A DNA stretch of 58,753 nt, filler included, from Sphacelaria rigidula (Eukaryota), in NCBI GenBank assembly GCA_964200075.2. It is 7 parts of 7 records of this genome, joined end to end, with 100 filler letters (N's around TTAATTAATTAA, not from the genome) between each part and the next. Parts side by side here need not be neighbours in the genome. Positions count along the whole stretch, not along the records: positions 8,409 to 16,716 come from CAXNAA020011576.1; positions 16,817 to 25,124 come from CAXNAA020011577.1; 5 more parts are not named here. One strand, 5' to 3'. Each line of letters begins with the position of its first letter. Position 1 is the stretch's first letter. Below are positions 9,533 to 22,653 of the stretch, piece after piece. The translations under genes and the position numbers were made by a program. Under the pieces are notes generated by a model. The model was not told the origin of the DNA, did no database searches, and was given only the letters and a program-made list of their open reading frames with translations.

Positions 9533-11468
9533 ATGGCAGACCAAGGTGGTAGGCCTGCTCCAGTAGTCGGTGGGCAGGGTGTTAGTGGCCAATTGGGGAT
9601 GGTGACTAGCCAGCTGAGTTCCATGACTGAGCCACTGCGTGACTTACAGTCAGACAAAACTGCATTACGGGGTGAAGTAAATGACATTAGGGTAGTGAGA
9701 TAGTCCACAGCCGTTGAAACCAATGGCGTCCTCGATAGGAATGGTCCACAGAGGGAATCCAGAAGAAATATCAGTCCAGTAGAGGGACGAAATGCTGGAG
9801 TTCGATGGGACCGCCAGTACATCGGGACTCAAGCCGGACCGGGGGAAAGGAGCTCGCGACGCGGGGAACAACGGGGCCAGATACGACGGAGCTAGGGGCT
9901 TTGTCCCCGAGCGTGAGTCAGTCTACGTGAACGATGCAAGTGGGAATGTGTCAGGAGTTCCCGTTTTTCGACAGAGCGTCCCCAGACTTTCAGGGCAAAA
10001 CTCAGAGTTCGCACGGTTTAAACATAATAAGCTGATCAACTTCGCAAGCAGCGAAGGATCAGGGAAACACTCAGAGTTCGCACGGTTTAAACTTGAGCTG
10101 ATCAACTTCGCAAGGAGCGAAGGAATTGACTGGGTGTTTACCATGACCGGCGACAGTTCGCACGATGTGGACGTTGGCGACAATGAACTATCGCTGGGAT
10201 ATCTGGAGACTACATACGGGAAGGACATAGTGGCAGCCCAAGTGAGGGCGAGACGGATGATTGCTGGTAGTCTCGAAGGCAAGAGAGAGCAAGAGATACT
10301 GCTCAGACTTCACTCACCTGGTGCAGTTTGAAGAAAACTAGCAAATGCCTTCCGCCCCAAAACAAATGGGGCAAGAACCGCGTTGTTGGAAAAGTTTGAT
10401 GGAGTCAAGATTAGAGTCATCCTACGATAGGGGGGGGGGGGGGTATTTTGGGCCACTTCTTGCACGAAATTCCAAGTAAAATCATCCTTGAAAGAGGCAG
10501 CGGTTGCTCGAATGAGTTTGTTATCGATATATAACGCACGTTCATACCGATTAAAAGCGTTTTGAAACAAATACAAGCGCACAGCGAGTGTGGCAGGTCG
10601 TCTGGCACACTTTTGAGCCTCTTTTTTCGTGCAATCACATCCAGAAGCAATGGCTAGAGGATCGAGAGGGGCCGCTAACACGGGAGATTATGATTGCCTC
10701 GGTCCGAAAGCGCTTCGAGTCGGCCACTTTTAAAGGAGGAGCTTGCCCGGGGAAAGAAGTCGTCCCCGGGCGATCAGGCTCTCCTCGCCAAGGGTGGGAC
10801 CGGAAAACCGAGCGGTGCACACCGCAAAGGAAAACCGGGCAGACCCCAGGGCTCTGCTCAGAGAAATTGCGGGAGTCAGAATTCGAGTAACTCCGGGTCG
10901 ACATCGTCGGACGGAAAAGCGGCGACTGTGAAGGTGATCGGCTGCCACATTTGCGAAGAGGACACGACGCACCGTGCCAGGAACTGCCCGAAGAGATACT
11001 GCGGGAGGTGTTGTCAACAGGGGCACATGTTGTGGGAATCCTCGAGATCGACAGCGAAAAAAGAAGATGCCGCGATGGCGATAGGTGTGGCCGACGACAG
11101 CGATGACGCCTTCGTTATCTCGGGCGCGGACGGGGAGGCTTTCGCCTCTTTCGACACAACCATCTACGACGAAACAGGCGAGTACGCATTGTGTGTTGGG
11201 CAGGGGGGTGATGAACAGCAGGGTAAGAGCGAACCGTTGGTGTTTGACACGGAGGCTACAAATAATTTCTCCCCTGATTCCTGTGGGATGACGGAGTACA
11301 GAGAGTGTCAGGGTAGGGTACTACGGTGCGCGGGTGGTGGTACTTACTCGATCGTAGGCAGAGGAAATTTGTCTCTTGCTTTCAGATCTGACGGACAGGA
11401 TGTGGTGGTCAGATTAATGGACGATGATCATGTACCAAATGTCCGTCATCACCTCTTGTCACTCACAA
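9533..11468 (+). mobile_element. Ty1/copia LTR retrotransposon, decayed gag (two Zn knuckles) plus protease; continues at 15890-15950
   Basis: Gag-like VPRLSG..EFARFK...; CHICEEDTTHRARNC and CGRCCQQGH knuckles; protease LVFDTEATNNF...GRGNL...HVPNVRHHLLSLT. The frame resumes after the nested element as TRIQKSGHTYTGFRVG. Contains stops, frameshifts and a MITE at 10414. Confidence 0.85.
10414..10631 (+). mobile_element. Sola2-like MITE left end inserted in copia gag
   Basis: Terminus GAGTCATCCTACGATAGGGGG...TATTTTGGG; body homologous to 20716-20930; same terminus at 50313. Confidence 0.65.
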
Positions 11469-14400
11469 TGTCGACCTAGCCACCATCGTTATCTAAGGTC
11501 AGGGACAATATAGGTGGAGTTGCGGGTCTGATTGCCGGACTCTGTGACGGTGACCTCCATGACGAGTAGAGCCGGTTTTGCTACTCTGGTGGAGAGAGGC
11601 TATGGTCCTGTTCTCCTGTACTTTGCTGAGGGTTAATATATGATTAACTAAAGCTGCTGAAGTTCATGTGCCCGTGATGGGAGGAGCCCACAAGGTGATC
11701 TAATCTTGAGTGACAGAAATCTACAATGCATGTTCATTAAGTCCGCTGATGGCGGTAGATCCGCTGAAAAACAGCTGACACTTCAGGATAGGGAAGTCTG
11801 CAGGCCTGATCAGTTTGCAGCAAACAAGACCAGCTCAAGGCGTGTTAACGTCGCGAGGAGTTGGAGAAGTAGAGACGAGGAGGTTCTGAGGGAGTGCTAG
11901 GGTCGGCTGTGGTATTGCTCGTGCGAGAGGTGCGGGGGATTGACCGACAGCTGGCGAGCCTGTGCGCGTTCCAGAAAAAACGGCGCAGTTACCGTACTGC
12001 CTGGTGGAGCCAGCGAGGTTTGCTTATTCCACGCTTGGCCAGGTACGGCCAGGAAGAGGAGTCTAAGGACTTCATACACGTGGTGAGACCTGCGTGAGGA
12101 AGAGGCGCTGTGGCCATTTTCGTTTGGTGGTCAAGCAGGTCTTGGTACAAGGAGAGGGAGGCGACTTCGTTTTTCAAAAAGGCGTGTGGAGTGCTGTACT
12201 GCTGACCGAAATGTACGAGGTGCAGGAGTATGTCGCCGTGGACGGCCATGTTGTTCGTGCGCCGCAACAGTATGTTGTCATCGATAGTCGCGTTGTCCGT
12301 GTACGATTTCTGGATATGCCGTACTACGGTCGCAAGTTCTCAAGTGAAAAATCTGCTCAGTTTCGGCGGAAGTATGAGGACTACCTTCGTGAGGTGCACG
12401 CAACGAACGAGCGTCAAGCACGCTGGCACGTTGTTGAGGAGCCAGCGGTCTCTGAGCTCATGCCCACACATATCGAGAACTGTATATGTGACACATTTTT
12501 GGATGGTGCTAATGATGTTGGGCAAGAGAAATTGCTCTTTGCGCTGCGCAAGCATGCATCTCATGCATCGCCGAGTGTGGTGCAAGATAGTGTGAAGGTC
12601 GGCGGCGGTGGAGACAGGCACGACATTTTGATGGGCAAGAGGGCGACACAACATAGGCTTGTCCGAGTGCGCAGGCACGAGAGTGCTAGAGGCGTTGCCG
12701 CTATTGCCGTCAAGAAGCAAGCCGGACAGAAGGTGGCGGCTGTAGCGAGTATGGGTGATACTGCTGCTGCTTCTGGCGATGTTGAGAGAGCAGGACCTAC
12801 ATGGGCCAATGAGCAAGTACTGGTGGGTGGAGGTCCCAGTTGATTTTTGCCGCCAAACCAGCGCGTAGCTGAAGATACTCCTTGCATGCTCGAAGCTGCA
12901 GGGGGTGTTATTCGCGTATGGCGAGCGAGCAGGGTGAGCAAGGAGCTTGCCGTGCTCATAGTTAATCTATCTGTGCCAGTTACATGGCGGAAGATCGATT
13001 AGATGATGCGCAGGGGTGTCTGCTTGAAGGACAGGTGGATGCCGGGTTGGAGGAATTGCCGCCGGACCAGCGCGTAGCTGTGGACACGCCTGATATGATC
13101 GAAACAATAGGAGCGTGTGACCCGCGTGAAGCGGGTACACAGAGCGAGCCGCAAGCTCGTGATGCTGTTAGCGATCATCATTCTGACGGCGACAACGAGC
13201 ATCGCGTGGTGTTGGGGTGGTCGTGTGCACTGCTGTGTGCATGGACAGGTTTGGCGTTTTTGGCGGCGTCGATTGCGGTGTCTTTGCCGCTGTACGGTGC
13301 TGGAGATGGATGGCGTGATGCCATCGGGAGGTGTTGCTGTGCGGGACTGCATGGATGTTCCGGTTTTGCCTCTTACTTCCTCTGTAGAAGCGGCTGAAGA
13401 ATGAGCGTTCGTGAATGCGCAAGCATCTGTGGGGGCGGAGGATCTGTCGCATTGGTTTGGCGATGCGAATATACCTTTGAGCAGCGTGTTGAGCTACACC
13501 ATGGGGGTGCCAGGTGTAGCAAGACTGAAGGTGCAAGGAGGGAGTGTCCGAGAGGAAAGGCTGCTCTACGCTGTGCACGGGGTTGTGGTTCGAGTACTGC
13601 TGTTTCTCAGGAGCGGGCTGGAGGACTACAAAGAAGGCATTGCCTGACGTGTTTGCTGTTGTGGTGAGCGCCGAGTGGGGTACTGATGTTGAGGAGCAAG
13701 TGCTGTGGTGACTGAGTGCTTGTTGAGAATGAGGAAATACATTACGACTGGTATTCGCGAATCGTTTTGAGAATGATTCCAGCTTGTTATTGTGCGGTTT
13801 GTGGTCATGCTTGCGCATGAAACATGGTTGTTGAGCGAATATGATCGTATCGCGTGTGCAGGGAAAAACTCTGGCGTACACGTGGGTATTTGGCATGTGT
13901 GTGTTACGCTGATCTGGTTGGCACGGACGATGCATGGTGTTTGCTGCGAGGAAGGTGGCATTGCATGTGCTGAGTGAAATATTGACATGCATGTGCGGAT
14001 TTCATACGCTAAGTGGAAATTTGGCAGGCATGTGCGAATGTTTGCTCGAATGGCACTGATATGAATGGTATCTGGTGACGACCTAGGGTGGGGCAGTTTT
14101 CAATATACTGCTGTATGCTAAATGAAGTGAAGCTCGTATAATCTTGTTCGCGCAGAACACAGTCTAATCAGTTTTGTGCGGTTTGCACGTACTGACTGCA
14201 GGATATATGGATTGCTGCTGTTGGCGTGAAAATGAGCTGAGAGGCATGAAATGCGCAGGCTCGTACTGACAGTAGGAGTCGTTGACACCTGCTGTTAGCG
14301 TGAAAATGAGCTGAAAGGTACGATATGCGTAGGCTCGTCGGACGTGAGCAGGTAAGACGCGAGTGCTTCCGGTGGTGGAAGGTAAAGACATGATGCGCGC

Positions 14401-15889
14401 ATGCATCAATGATCTTTGACCGTGGCACATTTTTGTATGGATTGTCACGTGTTTGAACGAACACGTGGTTGATTTTTCGTTCATGTCAGAAGGAACATGC
14501 AGATGATGCTTTCATTTGTTCGAAGAACTGGTGCAGGTGGACTGCAAGAGTGTCGAGGAAATCGATATTTCTACATTTTGGCTGATGCACGGATGGGATA
14601 TGACGGTCCAAGATCCAAACGAGATATAGAAATGTCCAGGATTTGCTCGAAAACAAGATTTCGAGAACGAAATCACAGGGGGTGATGAATGATGGCGGAG
14701 GTCGAGGTCCGTTCGCCGTCGTTGGATTAGTATGCCTGACTTGAATCGCGGTTTGAGTCATGGCTTTCCTTTGATTGTCTCAATGTAGCGATGGCAAGTT
14801 GAAGCGTTGAAGCTCTGACGGCGGGGAGGCATGCGATGCATACGTTTTTTACGGTGTTGCGGAAGCAAGAGGCCAGGTGCGTTTAGACGTGTTGGGTGCT
14901 TACTTCCTTCTAGCGTGAGGATGATGTATCATTTGGCTGTTGTACTCCGTTACGCGGGTGTTGAACGTACGAAGAGTGCATTTTGTATGTTGAGAAGTAA
15001 CTTGTCTCGGATGAGAGAGACGATGAGTCACGAATGCTCTGGAATTTGACGTTCGCTGACATTTCCGGTTTCGTGACGATGAAGAGTCAAGAGACTTGTT
15101 CTGGGCGAAGATTTGAGAATTTGGCGCTAGCTATCGCTTTGTAACTCGAAGTGGTGCAAGTAGCGTGATTGCATGTTCATGATGGACGATACTTTCTTGG
15201 AATCTCTTGCGAGTTGTTCGGAAGTAGGGCAAGCTTGTATGGGAGCTGTTGTCGAAAGCAGCGGAGGAGATTGCTATTCTTTGCGGAAAACGACAGTACT
15301 ATCAGGCACCAATCGTGTCTGAGTTTGACAAGCTCTGATTTAACTACTTGTTGGTAGTAGAGAGCTTTGGGGGTGCTGTAGACCTAGCCACCATTGTTAC
15401 CTGAGGTCAGGGACATTGTAGGTGGAGTTGCGGGTCTGATTGCCGGACTCTGTGACGGTGACCTCCATGACGAGTAGAGCCGGTTTTGCTACTCTGGTGG
15501 AGAGAGGCTATGGTCCTGTTCTCCTGTACTTTGCTGAGGGTTAATATATGATTAACTAAAGCTGCTGAAGTCCATGTGCCCGTGATGGGAGGAGCCCACA
15601 AGGTGATCTGATCTTGAGTGACAGAAGACTAATGCCGAGATAGCACCCCCACAAAAAGTGCACCGGATACCGTCCGACAAACCGGCTGCGGTTCCACTTT
15701 TGCGCTCGTTTGCAGCAATTTCTCCCACATGAGAGGCGTGTAGCAGTCCGAATTCAGCTAAAACGCCCAAATGAGTCGCGTCGTGCAGCACGAAACCAAG
15801 TCAAAAACAGCACTTATGACCATCGCCTCCGTGCACTTTTTTGGCCGGTTCGGGGGGGGGGCTATCTCGGCAGCAGTCAGAAGTCTACA
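11469..15889 (+). mobile_element. Nested LTR retroelement, probably Ty3/gypsy-derived and non-autonomous; LTRs 11469-11725 and 15377-15889
   Basis: TG...CA LTRs of 257 bp with ~9 mismatches once the MITE is removed. ACAA TSD at 11465-68 and 15890-93. Purine-rich tract before the 3' LTR. Gag-like ORF 12094-12843. Faint integrase C-terminal/chromodomain-like remnants at ~14920-15290. Confidence 0.9.
15627..15878. mobile_element. MITE (252 bp) inserted in the 3' LTR, 4-bp TSD AGAA
   Basis: TIRs GACTAATGCCGAGATAGCACCCCC / GGGGGGGCTATCTCGGCAGCAGTC. The empty site is visible in the 5' LTR (TGACAGAAATCTACA). Confidence 0.9.
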
Positions 15890-15949
15890 ACAAGGATCCA
15901 AAAAAGTGGACACACCTACACTGGTTTTCGTGTAGGTTTCAGGGTAGAT

Positions 15950-16205
15950 ATCATTTTAGGCAACACATTGAAAATGCACTTTTGGTTTCTGGGTCTCGTT
16001 TTTGTAGGAGCCCAAATATATGGGGCTTACTGTGCAACGCAAATTTCCGGGGACAGGACATGGAGATGCACACAGGGGCCTTTTCGTGAATCGGCATCAT
16101 TTTCAGTCTTTTTCAAGTGAAAATGATGCCGATTCTCAAATGATGCTTGCAACACCCCGAGAAACATTTTTGCTCAAAAAGTGCAACCCTACCGTAGCAT
16201 CACCC
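15950..16205 (-). mobile_element. Sola2-like MITE, truncated copy
   Basis: Reverse complement of most of 36631-36906; ends GTGCAACCCTACCGTAGCATCACCC. Confidence 0.75.
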
Positions 16206-16671
16206 ATCAACTCGTCGACTGAAAATGTACGACCTAGGCCTTGACCAACATGGTAGTGACGAATGTGCTTCGGCATATGCTGTAGTTGCCCCGAGGGCTC
16301 CGCCTAGCCCCCAGATCTTTGATAAAACGATTTTCACTGTGCCCACGCCCACGTTCATAAGAACCCACTACGAAAGACCGCGAAGAAGCTGGGAGTGCAG
16401 CTGGCTGGAGAGTTACAGCCCTGCCGCGGTTGCTCGGAGGCGAAGGGAGTACGAGGGCCGATTCCATGATCGACTCACACGGGAGCACGAGCAAGCCAGA
16501 CGCCGGGCGAGCCGAAGGATTCCAAGATTGATGCAGGCCGGAAGTGAGCGAGAGAATGACGCAAAATCGACAGCGGACAAATCATCCAGCGATTCCTCAA
16601 GCGCACGGTCCTCCTCGCCGAGCTCCGTAGGTGAGGGGGTCGGGGTAGCACCGCAGATCCCCGTCAGTACT

Positions 16672-16716
16672 GGGGGGGCGTACTCATTTGTTGCTTGCCT
16701 TAGTCGTTTGACCATT
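16672..16716 (-). mobile_element. C-tailed LINE family 3' end; other copies at 19429-19530(-), ~25290-25450(+), ~27650-27735(+), ~27755-27825(+), 55675-55745(-)
   Basis: Shared AATGGTCAAACGACTAAGGCAAGCAACAAATGAGTACGCCCCC, encoding ...GCVVNGQTTKASNK*. Confidence 0.85.
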
Positions 16717-16899
16717 NNNNNNNNNNNNNNNNNNNNNNNNNNNNNNNNNNNNNNNNNNNNTTAATTAATTAANNNNNNNNNNNNNNNNNNNNNNNNNNNN
16801 NNNNNNNNNNNNNNNNTGTCCTTCTGTCCCTTTCGCTTTTTCCCTATCCATGCGTACTCTTCAACTTTGCATCCTATTTCTACCCCCGTAGAAAGTGAG

Positions 16900-16931
<32 letters not shown>

Positions 16932-17243
16932 CCCCTGCATGTGTGTAAATAGCACACTATCCCTCTCCGTATCCCTGCTGCGGTTTACGAACCTCGACGT
17001 GCTTCCCCCAATTTGATGGTCGGGTCAATTATCGGTGATTCGAATCTTTAAATCTACGATTCCCGAGACCTGAGTGTTCGAAAGAGAAATGAACAAAAAT
17101 GGCCGCGGGCCAAAAAACGTCCCCACGAAATTTTTGCGCTTGTCCACGCGCCCAGGTAAGCGGATACAACGCTGAAAGCAAAGCTCGTGAAGCGACCGAG
17201 CTTCTGGAGTGCTTGAACACCACCGCGTACGCTGGAGAACCGT

Positions 17244-17400
17244 TGATCGATCGATTGATTAATTGATTGATTGTCGCACTTTAACTGATTATGACCCCCC
17301 AGGTAGTCATGATCCAGCCGTGGTCACATGGTGGACGTACCCGAGACTAAACAAAACTGGAACACTCGCTGGAGAAAAAAATAAGAAACAGAAAAAGTGG
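17244..17400 (-). repeat. SINE/LINE-3'-like repeat with (CAAT)n tail; second copy ~23900-24045 (+)
   Basis: GACCCCCCAGGTAGTCATGATCCAGCCGTGGTCA...GACGTACCC matches the reverse complement of 23941-23995. Both copies end in a CAAT/ATTG microsatellite tail. Confidence 0.75.
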
Positions 17401-17409
17401 AACAGAATA

Positions 17410-17468
17410 ACAGAGTAGACTACAGAACGACAGAGTAGACTACAGAACGACAGAGTAGACTTCAGAAC
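17410..17468 (+). repeat. 20-bp tandem repeat x3
   Basis: ACAGAGTAGACTACAGAACG repeated. Confidence 0.85.
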
Positions 17469-19084
17469 AAAAAATGGAAAAAAAAGAAAGAAATGGCCGG
17501 CCTCTGCCAAATGGCTTCGGTGGTCAAAGGTCTTGCGCATAGCCACACTGCTACCGAGTCGTGGCAAATAAAAGGCCGTAGAAAATTCCCTTGTGGATAG
17601 ACTTATCGGTTCATCTGAATACGAGCTGGGCCAGCTGGCGGTTAATCTTTAATGTTTCCGGGCCCGGCTGTGGGTAATTCGATAAAATTGGGCGCTGAAA
17701 TTTTGACACGACGTTCTTATCATCAATACGCACAACATGACGCGGGATGCCACGAAAACACAACAACAGAGAGTTAGAGCGATTTCAAGTTTCTGAAAAA
17801 ACTGGAAAAATGCTAATGACGCCATGAAAATGACGAAATACAGTACATCGGCATCCCTCGTGTTTTTGTGCGTACTTGTGTGCAGATCCTGATGCAATTT
17901 CGGTCAAAACGTCCTGAAATTCGGCCCAGGTGGGCACTTTTTGTGACACCGCTGCGCCCCTTCAATCCATGTGATACGGGAGACTACAGTTATGGAGGTC
18001 ACGAGTTCGAATCCTGACATATTCCTTTTGCTTTGGCTCAGGAATTCTGGTATTCCGTGTTGTCCCGTCTTCTACGTACAGCAGTATCCCACTAGAATTA
18101 CCACAAATGAAAGTGCCGGCAACCCAAAAAAAACAAATCGAACTCAATGCGGTATGCACTCGGCGCCCTTTGTCCCCATCAACTCATCAACCACTACATA
18201 CTATTGATCAGGCCAACCCGAAAATCGACGCTGACGGTGATGTTGTTGCAATCCTCCCCTGCGGAGCTATCCACCTCTCCCCCCACTGTCACGGTAGTGC
18301 TACTTCGCACAGTCACCTATTCACTTCTTGCACCCTGGTTCCACCCTTTCTTGAGCGACGGGGCGGCGGGGGAGAAAGGCAACCGATCCTGTGCGAAGCG
18401 CGCTAGTTCTCACCTACTTCTACCTACTCGTGCTGCTTAGACCAGTTGGCCGCTGCTAGATGAAGCCTACTCGTTGGTGGTGACGCTATCTGTACTCGCG
18501 TGTGTGGGCACCTGCGGCAACCTAGCTGCGATGGCCAACTTTTCTACTGGCAGCGGCACTGCAGCTGAGAACAGGGGCAGACGACGTACAGCGTAAAAAA
18601 GCACGTATATTTTTTCTTTGCGTACGTTCCACGTTCGTCATAACCCGTACACGCCTCCGCAAACGCCGCCTTCATACTGAACGCTACATTTTTTTTTGGT
18701 TCCGTCGGTAAGGTCGTACATTATGCAGTCCATTTTTTTTTCATTCTTTTTTATTCAGCGGCGGTGCCGTGCGTCACCAGGTTGGTGGTCTGGAGTTCAC
18801 ACCGATATGCTCGAGTCGGGCCGATTTGGTAAACTTGACGAGTAATGGCGTGACATGCAAATGCAGGGTTTACTGCTGGCCCAGTTCGTAACGACATTCA
18901 TGTACGTTGGATCACGCGTTTGGGTCTTGTAATAGTTCTCGCTCGGTACGTGCTCCACCGGGTGTAACAATCTCTAGCTGTCTGAGGACGTGCAGCAAAA
19001 TAGCATTTGCTCACATTAAGAAAATGTCTCTCTCCAGGTCGTGAGCAAATATTTGCTTATTGTTTTCTCGTTGAACACAAGCAG

Positions 19085-19180
19085 GGAGTACTATACTGCG
19101 CACCACGTGCAGTGCTGGGAGAGGATGGTGGTGCCCTGCTTTGTAACGTCCAACTCCTTCATCGCCAGGGCTTACGCCAG
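19085..19180 (+). CDS. Exon of a SAM-dependent methyltransferase-like gene (MidA/NDUFAF7-related)
   Basis: CAG/GT boundaries; encodes EYYTAHHVQCWERMVVPCFVTSNSFIARAYA(R). Phase 2 joins in frame to the exon at 22654. Confidence 0.8.
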
Positions 19181-20127
19181 GTAGGCAGCATATCTGAGCG
19201 CGTTTGTGGAAGTGTTTCGGCTCTTGATTTTTTTTTTTTGCGGTAATGGAGGTCGGATGGAAAATTCACGACGTTCCGGTCCCGTGCTCGTACAGTGGAC
19301 ACCGAGGACGCCATCATTGTGAAAGGGGTAGGCGATTGTCCGCGACAGGTTCTTTTGGGAGCCTACGCCTTGTTGTACGGGCATACTTTACTCGTTAATG
19401 CTCTGCGACATTGTCTTATTTTTTTTTGGGGGGGGGGTGTACTCATTACTCATTCGTTGCTTGCCTTCGTCGTTTGACCATTGAACACGCATCCCTTCCG
19501 AGACGGAACTTTCGGAGCGGTGGGGGGGCTGGGGGGGAAATTTGTTCATTTTCTAACCGGCTTCTTGTTGAATATTTTATTCTATATTTTATCTCATTTT
19601 TATTTCATTTTTTTTTTGTTTTATTCGGGTTTTCTTGTTTCATGTTCATTCATACTTGACCACTATTTGTGTGTTGTTTTGTGTTGTTTTGTATTTTTCT
19701 ATCCTTTGACACAAAGCAGAAGGTAAGAATTAACCATGTCCCATAATCTGCCAAACGGTCATCTTATTCACTTGAAAAAGTAGCTTTTTCTGGGCTGGTG
19801 TGTTTCATCTGCTGCCGTTCAAAATCCCAAAGATCAATATATATATATATACATATGTTATGTTTTATATTGTTTTCCCCGTTGCCGGTTTTCTTCTCTC
19901 TTTCTGTTTCTTCACCTATTTCCAATCTTGTTCTGCTACGAGTATTGCATCAACAGCAACCCTGCCATCGATTTCCTTCGCCCGCGTACAGAAAATCGCG
20001 CGCTAGACATTGACCCGCCGACCTGCTTCCTGAAATTTTCAAGGTTTCGTCCCGTAGGTTATCTCGCCTGAAACCCGGGGACTTGCGAAAGTAAAAGTCA
20101 GGGATGTTATCAGTAATTACCTTAGCG

Positions 20128-20673
20128 GACCGTACCGGAGTGTTCTTTACACATTTCGGTTAGGCTTTAGCTTCGTATGCGCGTGTAAGGTTTAGCTTAA
20201 TTCTGGGGGTTTTGGGCGTATAATGAGCTTTTTTTCGAAAAAGCTTAACACGAGCTTAATTTTTCTTAAAAGCTCATAGCGTGCCTGAAACGCGCATAAA
20301 GTTGCCTGAAAGTGGCCCCGATGGCGTTTTGCGTGACTCGTCACCAGACATGCTTCGATACTTCAAACTGCCTTTTGTTGCGGGTCTGATCAGAAAAACG
20401 TTTAACTTTTTATTTCATGTATGCGATACTGAGTTGAATTGAAAAATGTACTCAAGATTTTGTACAATAGTTGTACATGGGGCCATGAGACCCATCGTAT
20501 AACGTACAACGTACAGCGTTTTGGAGGGGCAATCAGTGGAAGCAGCAGCGAGAAGCGGCTACAAGCGAGCTTATAATGGGGCTTAAAACAAAGAAGAGGG
20601 CTTATAAAAAAATAATGGAGCCTGGTTTGAAAAAAACGCGCATACGAAGCTAAAGCTTAATTTCGGTATGGTT
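20128..20673. mobile_element. Intronic MITE with inverted ends and many AGCTT subterminal motifs
   Basis: Perfect 21-bp inverted repeat GCTTTAGCTTCGTATGCGCGT (20164-20184) / ACGCGCATACGAAGCTAAAGC (20636-20656). Outer boundaries approximate. Confidence 0.65.
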
Positions 20674-20715
20674 TAGTATATCAACAGAAGTCCCCTACTT
20701 CCGGATATACCCTGT

Positions 20716-21081
20716 GAGGCATGCTACGATAGGCGGGGGGTATTTTGGGACATTTCTTGCGCGAGAATCTACTGTATATCGTCGTTGAGAGAAGCAACGG
20801 TTTTTCGAACGCACTTGTTAACGACAGTGACTCTCGTTCATATTGCTTGACATCGTTTTCACCGAAACACAAGCGCACCGCGAGTGTGTTGAGTCGTCTT
20901 TCACAAAATCTATGAACCTCTTGTTTTCCTTGGTGGGATCAAACACTCCCCCCCTGTCACTGCGAGACTAGTCCGGCAAAAACCCAGCGTGCTCCGTCTC
21001 GGCTCTGTAAGGATGAGAGGTTGATGGTCATATGACTACGGCATGAAATATCATGAGTACATCCTATCGTAGTATAAAGTC
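20716..21081 (+). mobile_element. Sola2-like MITE containing a LINE 3' fragment (~20960-21060)
   Basis: Left end GAGGCATGCTACGATAGGCGGGGGGTATTTTGGG; candidate right end CCTATCGTAGTATAAAGTC; no TSD seen. Confidence 0.5.
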
Positions 21082-21749
21082 TACAGAACACAATTTTTTC
21101 AATTTCCACACCAGCTCCGCTGAGCTCCGCTGGGCAAAAATCGGCCTCGCCAAGGCTGTTTTTTTGCCGAGATTTCGTGAAAAAATGCCGCAACGGCAGC
21201 ACCCGCCGCGACCACTTTTGTGTCAGTTATGCCCTTGTAGCGTGTGCCCGGAGCGAGTGCGTCCGGTACATCGTATGTGACATAACTAACTGTATCACGC
21301 GCAGGTAATGAAATGTTTGGGGCGGAACAGTCATCATCCGCAGCTGCTATTGAGGGGGTGCTCCGTAACGTACCCCGATGCAGTGCCGCGGATGCTTGGA
21401 CGTGTTGCCGGCAATAGCGAAACAGCTAGTTTACCCCCAACCCCGGGAAGGTGTTCAGGGGGTATTGTAGCATTTCACGTACGGGTGTTGTACATACCGT
21501 GTTCTTGAGACAGAACAGGATTGTGGTTTGTGGCGCGTCCCTACGTGCCCCCCACGTTTAGAGGTTTCATTGGATGCCACGCATTTCAACTACTTTCCCG
21601 TCATCAGTCACAGCTGGATAACTGACAGCAGATCTACCTCGCGACTCCGTGACCGTTGCCTGGCGAGACAACACGCCGGAGTCGCGCTGACGCCCCCTCC
21701 CAGGAAAACATATGCAATATGATTTGTACGCTCCGGGCCAAACAATCTT

Positions 21750-21925
21750 AGCAGGATGCAGCTCACCCCTCATGCGACTCGCCGAACATATCACGGCGCT
21801 TCGCGCTTGGTGATCGATTGCAAGCCTGGTCCGGCGAAATCGTAGTGTGCTTCGTCCCGGCTTTGTAGGGATACGAGGTCAATGGTCTTATGACTACGGC
21901 ATGCAATATCACGGGTACGCCCCCT
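21750..21925 (+). mobile_element. 3' end of a second, related C-tailed LINE subfamily; copies at ~20960-21060 and ~49310-49500
   Basis: CATGCGACTCGCCGAACA.ATCACGGCGC.TCGCGCTTGGTGAT...GGTCCGGC.AAA...AATGGTC.TATGACTACGGCATG...GTACGCCCC shared among the copies. Confidence 0.7.
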
Positions 21926-22050
21926 GCCGCTCACCCGGCTGGAGAGGGGAGCCCGCTGGAGACAAGAAAAGTACTCCGTTGATGATAGGGCCCTTGTTAC
22001 CCGGTTTAACTTTGCCTCCGTTTTCATGGATGAAAATTATTATTACTATT

Positions 22051-22081
<31 letters not shown>

Positions 22082-22653
22082 TCATGTTATTTATTTTATT
22101 TTTATTTATTTTATTTTTACTTTGCTTTACTTTACTTTATTTTACTGTTCGCAATTTGAACCCCTCCCCTTCCTCGGGACGAGTCCGTGGTTTCAAGAAA
22201 TCAATCCATCCATCCCGGGCTTGCTCATATTTATTAGTCTGCGTCACTGGTACTGTCTATAATACGAAATCACGGAGGACAGCCAGCTTCTATTTCTTTC
22301 GGAGCTCACGGCCCTGCACTGCCGTAGGATTTAATTTTGTCAACGGGGCTCGAGGTGATGATGTTTCTTACCGATACCATTCTTTGCGGCGTGTCCACCC
22401 TCCCCCATTTTGTTTTCAACAAAAATAATCGAATTCCACTTTTTGAGATCGCCTCGAATTATTTACTGCACTCCGCAAGCTACCGGTACAGTGGTACTTT
22501 TCTCTATGCCGTTTAGCGTCCGTGTGCGACTGCGGAATATGAGAACACTCGGCGGTTGTAAACGATCCCATACCGTTTTTTGTTTTTCTACAAGAGGGTC
22601 TATCCTGCGCCGTTGTTGCCGCTCCCCCCCCCCCAACTCTAAAAAACGAAAAG

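Noticed and set aside
16225-16671. 179-aa ORF at the end of contig 2
   Set aside because: Low-complexity, no motif or splice support, and runs into a LINE end; cannot be called.
19024-19037. ATGTCTCTCTCCAG|GT as first exon of the methyltransferase
   Set aside because: Phase fits, but it needs a 47-nt intron with a weak donor; not supportable without transcripts.
21847-22428. ORF with poly-Leu 'transmembrane' stretch
   Set aside because: Produced by (CTT)n and T-rich microsatellites in an intron.
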